A stretch of 32,000 nucleotides of DNA. Origin: Nitrosospira multiformis ATCC 25196. GTDB taxonomy: Bacteria; Pseudomonadota; Gammaproteobacteria; Burkholderiales; Nitrosomonadaceae. The notes beneath the pieces were generated by a model, which searched no databases, was not told the origin of the DNA, and saw only the letters and a program-made list of their open reading frames with translations. This document shows positions 1 to 10,585 of this stretch, piece after piece (within the stretch, counting starts at the first letter, position 1; each line of letters begins with the position of its first letter). Both the position numbers and the translations under genes were made by a program. The stretch lies in assembly GCF_000196355.1 (NCBI RefSeq), contig NC_007614.1:570001-602000 (forward strand), written 5' to 3'.

Positions 1-283
1 ATGCTGCCGCTATGCCGAATACCAGATTAAGCGGAACTGCAATGGCGGCTGCGGTCAGGGTAAGCTGAATGGCGGACACCGCATCCGGCTCGGTAATTGC
101 GGCAATGTAAACATCCCAGCCTTTCTTGAGCGCTTCGTAGAAAACCGATATCAGGGGTACGAAGAGAAAGAGTGTAAGAAAGGCCAGCGCAAGCCCGATC
201 AGGGACCGCCGCACCCACGCGGATTCCTCGACGGGCCGCACCCGGCCTGAAGGGACGGGCAACGGAAGAGCAATAGCAGTCAT
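1..283 (-). CDS. cysW: Sulfate/thiosulfate ABC transporter permease CysW, N-terminal part; the gene continues beyond the left edge
   Basis: Absent from the ORF track because it is open at the window edge. My translation of the reverse complement from ATG at 283-281 gives MTAIALPLPVPSGRVRPVEESAWVRRSLIGLALAFLTLFLFVPLISVFYEALKKGWDVYIAAITEPDAVSAIQLTLTAAAIAVPLNLVFGIAAA. This matches the N-terminal layout of CysW (TM1, periplasmic loop, then the ..AIxLT...A..AVP.NLVFG.. segment). GAGGA lies 7 nt upstream, and the start is 16 nt after the cysT stop. The 27..218 ORF in the track is a different, non-coding frame. Confidence 0.85.
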   Translation of the reverse strand, partial: MTAIALPLPVPSGRVRPVEESAWVRRSLIGLALAFLTLFLFVPLISVFYEALKKGWDVYIAAITEPDAVSAIQLTLTAAAIAVPLNLVFGIAAA

Positions 284-299
284 CAGGATATCCTCATGC

Positions 300-1136
300 T
301 CATACTGTCGATGAACTCCGGCTGCGACTCCACCATTGCAGCAGGTTAATGATCAGGAGCAACACGAAAGAAATCACGAGCATGACCACGGCGAGCGCCG
401 TAGCGCCTGCATAGTCGTACTGCTCGAGCTTGGTAATGATCAGGAGCGGCGTGATTTCGGAAATCATCGGCATGTTGCCCGCAATAAAAATAACGGACCC
501 GTATTCCCCGATCGCACGGGCAAAGGCAAGCGCAAAGCCGGTTATCAATGCCGGAAAAATCGCGGGAAAAATGATTCGCAGGAATGTGTGCAAGCGGGTC
601 GCGCCGAGCGTAGCTGCTGCTTCTTCCAGTTCAGGTTCGAGGTCTTCCAGCACAGGTTGCACCGTTCGCACTACAAATGGCAATCCGATAAACGTCAGCG
701 CCACGAAGACCCCTGCTGGCGTAAAGGCAACCTTGAGGCCAACCGGCTCCAGATACTGGCCGAACCACCCGTTCCCCGCATAGAGCGCTGTCAGGGCAAT
801 ACCGGCTACCGCGGTGGGCAGGGCAAATGGAAGGTCTACCAGCGCATCGATCAGCTTCTTTCCTGGAAAGTGGTAACGCACCAGCACCCACGCAACCAGG
901 AGCCCGAATATCGCATTGAGCAGCGCCGCTGCGAATGAGGCCCCAAATGTCAACCGATAGGAAGCCAATACCCTTGGTGTCGTCACCACATCCCAGAATT
1001 CGGGCAAGGTGAGTTCTGCAGTGCGAACAAATGCTGCCGAGATTGGAATCAGAACAATCAGGCTCAGATAAAGCAACGTAAATCCAAGCGCCAGATTGAA
1101 TCCGGGCAGAACGCTGTGTTGCCTGAACGTGCCCAT
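300..1136 (-). CDS. cysT: Sulfate/thiosulfate ABC transporter permease CysT (CysU)
   Basis: The ORF 300..1301 contains a 278-aa protein starting at the internal Met (MGTFRQHSVLPGFNLALGFTLLYLSLIVLIPISA...), similar in length to E. coli CysT (277 aa). It shows the MalFG-type EAA loop (EEAAATLGATRLHTFLRIIFP) and multiple TM helices. The 55 codons upstream (MPVPIFSRGAF...) overlap the preceding gene and look non-coding. The ATG at 1136 lies 1 nt after the stop of the upstream gene. Confidence 0.9.
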   Translation of the reverse strand: MGTFRQHSVLPGFNLALGFTLLYLSLIVLIPISAAFVRTAELTLPEFWDVVTTPRVLASYRLTFGASFAAALLNAIFGLLVAWVLVRYHFPGKKLIDALVDLPFALPTAVAGIALTALYAGNGWFGQYLEPVGLKVAFTPAGVFVALTFIGLPFVVRTVQPVLEDLEPELEEAAATLGATRLHTFLRIIFPAIFPALITGFALAFARAIGEYGSVIFIAGNMPMISEITPLLIITKLEQYDYAGATALAVVMLVISFVLLLIINLLQWWSRSRSSSTV

Positions 1137-1137
1137 T

Positions 1138-2031
1138 TCAGATTCTCGCCGCGTCGATATAGTGCTGCAGCGTCCGGATGCGCCGGGAGGAAGCCTCTGC
1201 GCTTCGGTACTCTGTCGTTGCAGCAGGTATGAACAAGTCAAACTCAATCGCCTGCGCTGGTATGCCGAGAAAGCGCCCCTGGAGAAGATCGGCACCGGCA
1301 CGAACAGCCCCTGTCAATTGTCGCGCTGTTTCGATCTCACGGAACAAAACCTGCGCGCCAAAGCGATGAATGACATCCACCAGCGGCCCTGCGTCTCCCA
1401 GCCTTTGAAGAACGGAGGCCTCCAACCGCACTACGTCCGGATACAGCGGATACAGGCTGGCAAGTTCCGCTACCCAATCGTCGCCGGCATCGTTGTGATT
1501 GATGGCTATGCGATAGCCGTGCGAGCGGTAATTGCTGATTACGTGTTTGAGCAGCTTCCAGTTGCGATTCACCTCAGCCGGAATTTCAATTACCACCCGG
1601 GAAGTCTCCACGCCGATGATATCGAGGATGCTTTTGAACGCTCGGCCATGGTCATCTTTAACGCTCTCCAGCAGGCGTGGCTGTACGGTGACGGAAAGAT
1701 TGCCCTCATGAGAGCGCCCGCTGAAGTAGTTAAGCACGTGCACTGCGCGGCACAACCGGTCAAAACGTACCAATGGAGCGTCTCCTTCCCCGAGAGACAG
1801 GACTTTCCAGGGTGATAAGGGATTTTCCTCACTCACGACAGAACGGATATAAGCTGCATGTCCTGCCACGCTGCGTGTTTTTGCATCGAATACTGGCTGA
1901 AATACGCTTGATAGCGAGCAGTTGAAAAAATGTCCCATGATGAAACCATTCTCCGCTCGAGTCACCGCATAATCGGTTGACTCCTGGATGCGCGCCAATT
2001 CATCCTTTTCCTGTGATGAAGAAATGCTCAC
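1138..2031 (-). CDS. Stand-alone EAL-domain-like protein with degenerate catalytic motifs; probably not an active c-di-GMP phosphodiesterase
   Basis: 297 aa with a GTG start at 2031 and AGGAG 7 nt upstream. The EAL-fold landmarks appear in the canonical order but are mutated. FQPVFDAKTRSVAGHAAYIR replaces YQPI...G.EALxR. LSVTVQP replaces lsvNls. VVIEIPAEV replaces ElTE. YRIAINHNDAGDD replaces DDFGTG. VVRLEASV replaces iKiDrsf. VLFREIETARQL replaces vaEGVEt.eq. LLQGRFLG replaces QGy. The stop TGA (1140-1138) is 1 nt from the cysT ATG. Confidence 0.65.
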   Translation of the reverse strand: MSISSSQEKDELARIQESTDYAVTRAENGFIMGHFFNCSLSSVFQPVFDAKTRSVAGHAAYIRSVVSEENPLSPWKVLSLGEGDAPLVRFDRLCRAVHVLNYFSGRSHEGNLSVTVQPRLLESVKDDHGRAFKSILDIIGVETSRVVIEIPAEVNRNWKLLKHVISNYRSHGYRIAINHNDAGDDWVAELASLYPLYPDVVRLEASVLQRLGDAGPLVDVIHRFGAQVLFREIETARQLTGAVRAGADLLQGRFLGIPAQAIEFDLFIPAATTEYRSAEASSRRIRTLQHYIDAARI

Positions 2032-2127
2032 TTTTCATCTCCTTTCAAAAATTTCCTGGACGTCGATTTTCTGAATGTCAGCATGGTTGTTTTGCGGTTT
2101 TCAGTGCAGACGGTACGACTTGTGCTG

Positions 2128-3120
2128 TTATTTCTGATAAATCTGATCAAAAGTGCCGCCATCGGCAAAGTGAAGCTTGTGCGCGTTCTTCCAGCCCCCA
2201 AACGCATCGTCGATCTTGAACAGCTTGAGGCCGGGAAACTGACTTGCATATTTCGCTGCGATTGCGGCATTGGTTGGACGGTAGAAATTCTTAGCGGCAA
2301 TCTCCTGGCCTGTGTCTGAATAGAGATATTGGAGATAGGCTTCCGCGATGGTACGGGTACCCTTCTTGTCGGCCACCTTGTCTACCACCGCGACCGATGG
2401 TTCGGCAAGAATGCTGAGGGAGGGTGCCACAATTTCAAATTTGTCGGGCCCGAGTTCCCTGATAGCGAGGAATGCTTCGTTTTCCCACGAAATGAAGACA
2501 TCGCCGATGCCGCGCTCCACAAATGTCGTGGTTGAGCCGCGCGCGCCCGAGTCCAGCACAGGGACATTCCGGTAGAGCTTTGCTACGAACTCCTTCGCCT
2601 TGGCATCGTCGCCGTACGTTCGCTTGCCGTATTCCCACGCGGCGAGGTAATTCCAGCGGGCGCCCCCCGAGGTTTTCGGATTGGGGGTGATTACGGCGAC
2701 GCCGGGCTTGACCAGGTCGTCCCAGTCTTTGATGTTCTTGGGGTTGCCCTTCCGGACCAGCAGTACGATGGTTGAAGTGTAAGGCGTGCTGTTATGCGGC
2801 AAGCGCTTTTGCCAGTCCGCCGGCAGCAGGCTGGCTTTTTCCGCGATTTCATCGATGTCCTTCGCCAGCGCGAGCGTCACGACATCAGCATCAAGCCCGT
2901 CGATGACAGAGCGTGCCTGTTTCCCGGAGCCGCCATGAGATTGTTTTATGGCTATTTTTTCTCCGGTCTTGCTCTCCCAATGCTTCGCGAATGCCGAATT
3001 GAACTGCTGATACAGCTCGCGAGTCGGGTCATAGGATACATTCAATATTGTTTTATCTCCCCAGGCATTGCCTCCCCACAGGAGGATTGCGGTAAGGCTC
3101 GTCGTTATCCATGCTTTCAT
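2128..3120 (-). CDS. sbp: Periplasmic sulfate/thiosulfate-binding protein (Sbp/CysP family)
   Basis: 330 aa with signal peptide [21 protein letters not shown]. The protein resembles Sbp end to end, including [56 protein letters not shown] and [17 protein letters not shown] is present. Confidence 0.93.
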   Translation of the reverse strand: MKAWITTSLTAILLWGGNAWGDKTILNVSYDPTRELYQQFNSAFAKHWESKTGEKIAIKQSHGGSGKQARSVIDGLDADVVTLALAKDIDEIAEKASLLPADWQKRLPHNSTPYTSTIVLLVRKGNPKNIKDWDDLVKPGVAVITPNPKTSGGARWNYLAAWEYGKRTYGDDAKAKEFVAKLYRNVPVLDSGARGSTTTFVERGIGDVFISWENEAFLAIRELGPDKFEIVAPSLSILAEPSVAVVDKVADKKGTRTIAEAYLQYLYSDTGQEIAAKNFYRPTNAAIAAKYASQFPGLKLFKIDDAFGGWKNAHKLHFADGGTFDQIYQK

Positions 3121-3180
3121 TTTCGTATTCTTCCTTTAGGCAGGTGAAGCCAGTAAGTGAAATCAATAAGTGTCAAATAA

Positions 3181-4809
3181 TCAAAATGCGCTCAATACAA
3201 CTTCAACGTAAAAAAAGTCCGAACTCCCCGGGCTTCTGCCCAAGGCCGCTATTTGCCGGTTGCGCACAAACTCCCCGCTCGTGAAATGCGAATAACCGAT
3301 GGTTGTGTCGATGTGTTTCGCCAGCTTGTAGCGTGCCCGGATGTCGAAATTGTGTCCGATGAAATCACCGCTGCTTCCGGTCGCATCGCGGTTGGAAAAA
3401 CTTCCTCCGTTACTTCCATTGCCTCTGAAGAGGTTATTGAGGCGGTCGGTATCGCTGGCCAGCCAGTACCAGCTGTAGCCGCCATCGATCCGCAGGTCCT
3501 TGAACGGCTGGAACTCGAGCTTTATCTTGGGGGATTTGATATTCTCGAAAACGATGTAATCGTCCGCTGACCACGGTCGCGCGAAACCGAAGAACCGTTC
3601 GAAGCGGTTATTTACGTTGTCATTGGGATTGCGATCGCCGCTGGCGTAACCGTAAAAGGCGCTGATACGGGGTTTCCACGCGTGTTTGAGCGTATAGCCC
3701 AGCTCGGTGATGTATGCATGGGCCTGATGTTCCTGCGTGCCATTCCGACCGAACTGGTAGATCAGGTTGAAATCGAAGTCCAGACCCGTATCGCCTATCT
3801 TGCCGTATCCCCTGAGAGCGGGTGAATGAATATGACGGTCGATTTCGCCTGTCTTGCTGCCATCCTGCGTCAGTCCCATGTAATAGGGCTGGAGTGTGAT
3901 GAAATCCGACCATTTGCGCCAATGGCCGATGGCGCCGTAGAACCATTGGTTCTCGATGCGCTCGTCAAACTCCGTCAGCAGCCGTTGAACAGGCTGGTAG
4001 GCCCATAAATCCCCCTCCCAATCGTTGACTTCCTGTCCCAGGTTGATGCGAAAACCTTCGAAGGTATTGGTCGTGTTGCGCCATTCATTGCGGCCGATCA
4101 GACGCCGGTCCAGCGCCTCATAGGCCATGCGGCCCACGCGCAACCTGAGCGGGCGCTGCTGTTTCAGGTCGTCTTGACCCAGCGCGCCCTTGAAATACAA
4201 TTCGGCATAGGCCTGGATGAGGTCGTGCTCATTGAAATCACGGTCATCGGGTGGAAAATGGCCGTTGTAGCGGCGGGAATCCTGGAATTCCACCGCGGCG
4301 CGTAGCGGATCGAATATTTCGCGGATTCCGAAGTAGGCGCGGGAGCGCAGCAGGAAGGGCTGGTCCAGCCTGAGTTCGGTGCGCCGTATATCGTTGCTGC
4401 GGAATTCGTAGCGGGTACGATGATCGATGCCCACATCCAGCCAGTAGATGTCCTTGAAAGCTTCAATCCCGGTTTTGCTCAGGGTGCGCACATAGCGCGG
4501 CGGATCGGATTCGGGCTGGGTCGAGTAGCTGCTGGAAGGCCTGAAGTAGCCCGTCGATTTTTTTTCCTCCTTTGTTGCCGCTGCCGCTGTTTTTCCAGCC
4601 GATGTATTTCCATTTGATTTGCTGCTTGCTCCCGAGGGATCGGCCTTTCCTTTTTCTTCAACAGGGACAGCACCGTTCTGAGCAAACCTGTTTTCCTGTT
4701 CCGTCATTTTGAATTTTTCGGTGTCGATCGTGTTTGCATCTGCCTGAGCACCGCTCCATGGCGGTATCGCGAGAGCAAACGCAATGACTGTTCCCAGATA
4801 AAACTTCAT
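3181..4809 (-). CDS. Outer-membrane beta-barrel protein (porin-like, resembling the alginate-export/AlgE-like family) with a long low-complexity N-terminal segment
   Basis: I place the start at the internal ATG at 4809 (MKFYLGTVIAFALAIPPWSGAQA|DA signal peptide), with AGGAGAG upstream. The 42 codons upstream in the track ORF lack any signal. The C-terminus YVEVVLSAF ends in Phe, the OMP beta-signal. Amphipathic beta-strand patterns recur (DFDFNLIYQFG, AYITELGYTL, ISAFYGYASGD, IRARYKLAKHIDTTIGYSHF). The family assignment is from memory and was not searched. Confidence 0.7.
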   Translation of the reverse strand: MKFYLGTVIAFALAIPPWSGAQADANTIDTEKFKMTEQENRFAQNGAVPVEEKGKADPSGASSKSNGNTSAGKTAAAATKEEKKSTGYFRPSSSYSTQPESDPPRYVRTLSKTGIEAFKDIYWLDVGIDHRTRYEFRSNDIRRTELRLDQPFLLRSRAYFGIREIFDPLRAAVEFQDSRRYNGHFPPDDRDFNEHDLIQAYAELYFKGALGQDDLKQQRPLRLRVGRMAYEALDRRLIGRNEWRNTTNTFEGFRINLGQEVNDWEGDLWAYQPVQRLLTEFDERIENQWFYGAIGHWRKWSDFITLQPYYMGLTQDGSKTGEIDRHIHSPALRGYGKIGDTGLDFDFNLIYQFGRNGTQEHQAHAYITELGYTLKHAWKPRISAFYGYASGDRNPNDNVNNRFERFFGFARPWSADDYIVFENIKSPKIKLEFQPFKDLRIDGGYSWYWLASDTDRLNNLFRGNGSNGGSFSNRDATGSSGDFIGHNFDIRARYKLAKHIDTTIGYSHFTSGEFVRNRQIAALGRSPGSSDFFYVEVVLSAF

Positions 4810-4931
4810 TCCTCTCTCCTGTCTCGTCCTTCCGGTTGCGCGGTCAAGGACCGATGTAATCTGTTTTATTTGGCCTCCAGTCATTTGGTCGGCTTTTATG
4901 CCTGTGGCTTCCCGCTCTTGCATTATTCCCT

Positions 4932-5153
4932 TCACTTTCTCTGGCCAGCCTCGCTACGCCCCATCCGGATTTTTTCCCGGCACTCTATCTGGGTAATCTT
5001 GCCGTCATGAATGACCACCTCCACCGAGCCATATTCGATATTTGCAATGGCGTACAGAATCCGTTGTTTAACGTCCACGGGTATCCGTCTGCCGGATTGT
5101 CCGGATCCATAATGCTTTTCTTCCAGATCAATGATTTCAGGGGTGGCCGACAT
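4932..5153 (-). CDS. DUF2292 / YezD-family small protein
   Basis: 73 aa from ATG at 5153 (the track ORF begins two codons earlier at a TTG). The core QRILYAIANIEYGSVEVVIHDGKITQIECREKIRM matches the remembered DUF2292 signature (..YGSV.l.v.dGkvvqie..ek.r). No clear Shine-Dalgarno sequence. It is the first gene of the sulfate cluster. Confidence 0.6.
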   Translation of the reverse strand: MSATPEIIDLEEKHYGSGQSGRRIPVDVKQRILYAIANIEYGSVEVVIHDGKITQIECREKIRMGRSEAGQRK

Positions 5154-5225
5154 GGTCAAAACGGTTGCAGAGTCTGTGGAAGCGACACGTTACCAGTGAC
5201 GTTTTATAATTCAAACTAATATCAT

Positions 5226-5254
5226 TTGATTTGCTTATCTGTTTTTTGTATATA
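5226..5254 (+). promoter_or_regulatory. Candidate sigma70 promoter for ttcA inside the divergent control region
   Basis: TTGATT (5226-5231), a 17-nt spacer, then TATATA (5249-5254) preceded by TG. A second candidate lies upstream: GCGACA (5182-5187), 17 nt, then a perfect TATAAT (5205-5210). Sequence pattern only. Confidence 0.3.
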
Positions 5255-5411
5255 CAGCGTGAGCGTTGATACATGCTCAGCAACTGGGACGGCACTGTCC
5301 AAACCGCATCCAATCTGGGAAAATTACTGGTGCAGTTCAGAAGCCGGGATTGAACCCGAGCCTATGGGGGCGGGAACCGATGAGTATCTTGAGAAAGAGG
5401 TTGCAGCGGGA

Positions 5412-6308
5412 ATGGGAACAGGAATAGAAATGTTGTCCAGAAAGGAGCAACATAACGCCAACAAACTGCATAAGCGGTTGAGGCGGCTTGTCGGGACGGC
5501 GATCGCTGATTTCAACATGATCGAGTCTGGAGACCGGGTAATGGTGTGTCTCTCGGGCGGAAAGGACAGCTATGCTCTGCTCGATATCCTCCGCAGCCTG
5601 CAGGCACACGCAGCCACACAATTCGAGCTGATTGCGGTAAATCTGGACCAGAAGCAGCCGGGCTTTCCGGAACACGTGTTGCCGAACTATCTTACATCCA
5701 TCGGCATGCCTTTCCGCATCGTCGAGCAGGATACCTATAGCGTGGTGAAGCGCTTGATACCGGAGGGGAAAACCACTTGCAGCCTTTGTTCACGCTTGCG
5801 CCGCGGGGTCCTGTATCGCGTGGCAGACGAACTGGGAGCAACGAAAATCGCGCTGGGCCACCATCGCGATGATATTCTTGAAACCCTGCTTCTCAATCTG
5901 TTTCATGGCGGTAAGCTGAAAACCATGCCGCCCAAGCTGGTAAGCGATGATGGCAAGCATATCGTCATCCGGCCGCTTGCCTACTGCAAAGAGAAAGACC
6001 TGGCCGCCTATGCGGAAATGGAAAATTTCCCGATCATCCCCTGCAACCTGTGTGGATCACAGAAGAATATGCAGCGCCAGGTGGTAAAGGAAATGCTGCA
6101 GCAATGGGATAAAAAGTTTCCCGGCAGGCTGGAAAACATGTTCAGCTCTTTGCAGAACATCCAACCCTCGCATCTGCTCGATTCCTCGCTTTACGATTTT
6201 CATGGGCTCAAAACCGGGAACGGGCCTGTCGTCGACGGCGACAGGGCATTCGACCCCGAGCCCTTCGAGCCGGGCGTGGAAGAACTTCTGAGCCTGAACA
6301 AAGACTGA
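5412..6308 (+). CDS. ttcA: tRNA 2-thiocytidine(32) synthetase TtcA
   Basis: Near-collinear with E. coli TtcA: [50 protein letters not shown] (PP-loop SGGKDS), [30 protein letters not shown], and [11 protein letters not shown] (Fe-S cysteines). The start is ambiguous between ATG 5412 (same spacing to KEQ as in E. coli) and ATG 5430 (better AGGAA RBS). The 5226-5411 part of the track ORF is unlikely to be coding. Confidence 0.9.
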   Translation: MGTGIEMLSRKEQHNANKLHKRLRRLVGTAIADFNMIESGDRVMVCLSGGKDSYALLDILRSLQAHAATQFELIAVNLDQKQPGFPEHVLPNYLTSIGMPFRIVEQDTYSVVKRLIPEGKTTCSLCSRLRRGVLYRVADELGATKIALGHHRDDILETLLLNLFHGGKLKTMPPKLVSDDGKHIVIRPLAYCKEKDLAAYAEMENFPIIPCNLCGSQKNMQRQVVKEMLQQWDKKFPGRLENMFSSLQNIQPSHLLDSSLYDFHGLKTGNGPVVDGDRAFDPEPFEPGVEELLSLNKD

Positions 6309-6364
6309 AAGAATCACATCACCCTCGGCCAACTGGTGGATAAATCAAGTAAAGCACGCCTCAA

Positions 6365-7774
6365 ATGAGAAAACCGTCCGGATCAGTTTCGCAGCCAGCT
6401 CCACTGTCAGTTTCACCGCTGTCAGTTTCACTCTGGCTGGTTTTTATCGGCTTGCTGGTCATTGCGCTGCCGGGCTATCCGGCTTTGCCTTTCAGTGACA
6501 CCAAAAATGGTGTGCCGACCCTGGCGCCGGTGCTTCAGGACGTGACCCCGGCGGTCGTCAATATTTCCGTAGTGACGCGCTCGGCCATAGAAGAGAATCC
6601 CTTGTTTCGGGACCCTTTCTTCCGCCGCTTTTTCAATCTTCCGGAGCAGGAGGCCCGGCCGGAGCGCAGTGTGGGTTCCGGCGTGATCATGGATGCGGCC
6701 AAGGGTTATGTGGTGACCAACTACCACGTGATCAAGGATGCGCAGCAGGTGGTTGTGACACTCAAAGACAGGCGCCAATTCCAGGCGAAGCTGGTGGGGA
6801 CGGACCCGGGTACCGATATTGCCCTGCTGAAAATCGATGCCAAGAACCTTAAGGCGCTGCGCCTCGGTGATTCCGATCTGCTCAACGTCGGGGATTTTGT
6901 CATCGCGATCGGGAATCCGTTCGGTCTGGGGCAAACGGTAACATCCGGCATCGTCAGCGCATTGGGAAGAAGCGGACTGGATATCGAAGGCTATGAAGAC
7001 TTCATCCAGACCGACGCCTCCATCAATCCGGGCAACTCCGGCGGAGCCCTCATCAACCTCAAGGGGGAACTGATCGGCATCAACACCGCCATCATTGGTC
7101 CCGCAGGCGGCAACGTCGGCATTGGTTTTGCGGTTCCCAGTGTGATGGTGAAGGCAGTCCTCGATCAAATCCTGCGCTTCGGCGAGGTACGCCGCGGCAG
7201 ACTGGGAGCGAGCAGCGAAGATATTACGCACGACCTGGCGGCCTCACTGGGGTTGCCTTCCACGGAAGGCGCCATCATCAGTGCGGTCGAGCCGGGATCG
7301 CCTGCGGAAAAAGCCGGGGTGAAACCGCGTGATGTGATAACGACTGTCAACGGAAAACCTGTGCGGAACTCGATTGATTTGCGCAACAAGGTTGGACTGA
7401 TGCCCATCGGGGAGACGCTGGATCTCGGGCTGATCAGGAATGGGAAGCGGCTGACTGCGAAAGTAAAGATAGCCAAGCTGGCGGAGGCTTCCAGTGCAGG
7501 TGCGGAGGCCGTGCCGGAGGTCTCAGGCGCAACCGTGGCGGACTTGAAACCCGGCGCCCGCCGGGGAATTGAGGGCGTGATGGTAACAGACGTGGAAGTC
7601 AATAGTCCCGCCTGGCTGCGGGGCATCCGGCCGGGGGACCTCATCATTGGCGTCAATCGCCGCCAGGTCCGTTCGGTGCAGGAGTTGCTTGCTGCTCTCA
7701 AGGCCAGCAGCCAGGGACGGCTCACCCTAAGCCTGATACGGGGCGACTTCAGGGTGACTATCAGGATCAGGTAA
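6365..7774 (+). CDS. degP: Periplasmic serine endoprotease of the HtrA family (DegP/DegQ/MucD-like) with two PDZ domains
   Basis: 469 aa with an N-terminal hydrophobic signal. The catalytic triad context is present: VVTNYHVIKDA (His), GTDIALLKI (Asp), GNSGGALINLKGELIGINTAI (Ser). Two PDZ-like segments follow (GAIISAVEPGSPAEKAGVKPRDVITTVNGKPV and GVMVTDVEVNSPAWLRGIRPGDLIIGVNRRQV). Confidence 0.92.
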   Translation: MRKPSGSVSQPAPLSVSPLSVSLWLVFIGLLVIALPGYPALPFSDTKNGVPTLAPVLQDVTPAVVNISVVTRSAIEENPLFRDPFFRRFFNLPEQEARPERSVGSGVIMDAAKGYVVTNYHVIKDAQQVVVTLKDRRQFQAKLVGTDPGTDIALLKIDAKNLKALRLGDSDLLNVGDFVIAIGNPFGLGQTVTSGIVSALGRSGLDIEGYEDFIQTDASINPGNSGGALINLKGELIGINTAIIGPAGGNVGIGFAVPSVMVKAVLDQILRFGEVRRGRLGASSEDITHDLAASLGLPSTEGAIISAVEPGSPAEKAGVKPRDVITTVNGKPVRNSIDLRNKVGLMPIGETLDLGLIRNGKRLTAKVKIAKLAEASSAGAEAVPEVSGATVADLKPGARRGIEGVMVTDVEVNSPAWLRGIRPGDLIIGVNRRQVRSVQELLAALKASSQGRLTLSLIRGDFRVTIRIR

Positions 7775-7923
7775 ATCCGTTTCCCGAATATCCTGAAGCC
7801 GAATCGCTTCCGATAGTCTCTTTAGCCGCTCACAGCACTTCAAAATACATGATCTCTCGCTTTCCTTCCGGCCTCGCTGGAGCCGGGCCCTCACCCACGG
7901 AAATGCCTGAGTTCGCGGTATAA

Positions 7924-10554
<2,631 letters not shown>

Positions 10555-10585
10555 AGATACGAAAACCGGAACTCGAGGATTGCCG

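Noticed and set aside
27-218. A 63-aa minus-strand ORF at the left edge
   Set aside because: It is in the wrong frame. The frame starting at ATG 283 encodes a clear CysW N-terminus through the same bases.
1137-1301. N-terminal extension of the cysT ORF (55 codons). Similar extensions occur on the porin ORF (4810-4935), the ttcA ORF (5226-5411) and the rh50 ORF (17053-17064)
   Set aside because: The extensions overlap upstream genes or the AT-rich promoter region. They lack similarity to the respective families. Internal ATGs with Shine-Dalgarno sequences give proteins of canonical length with proper signal peptides.
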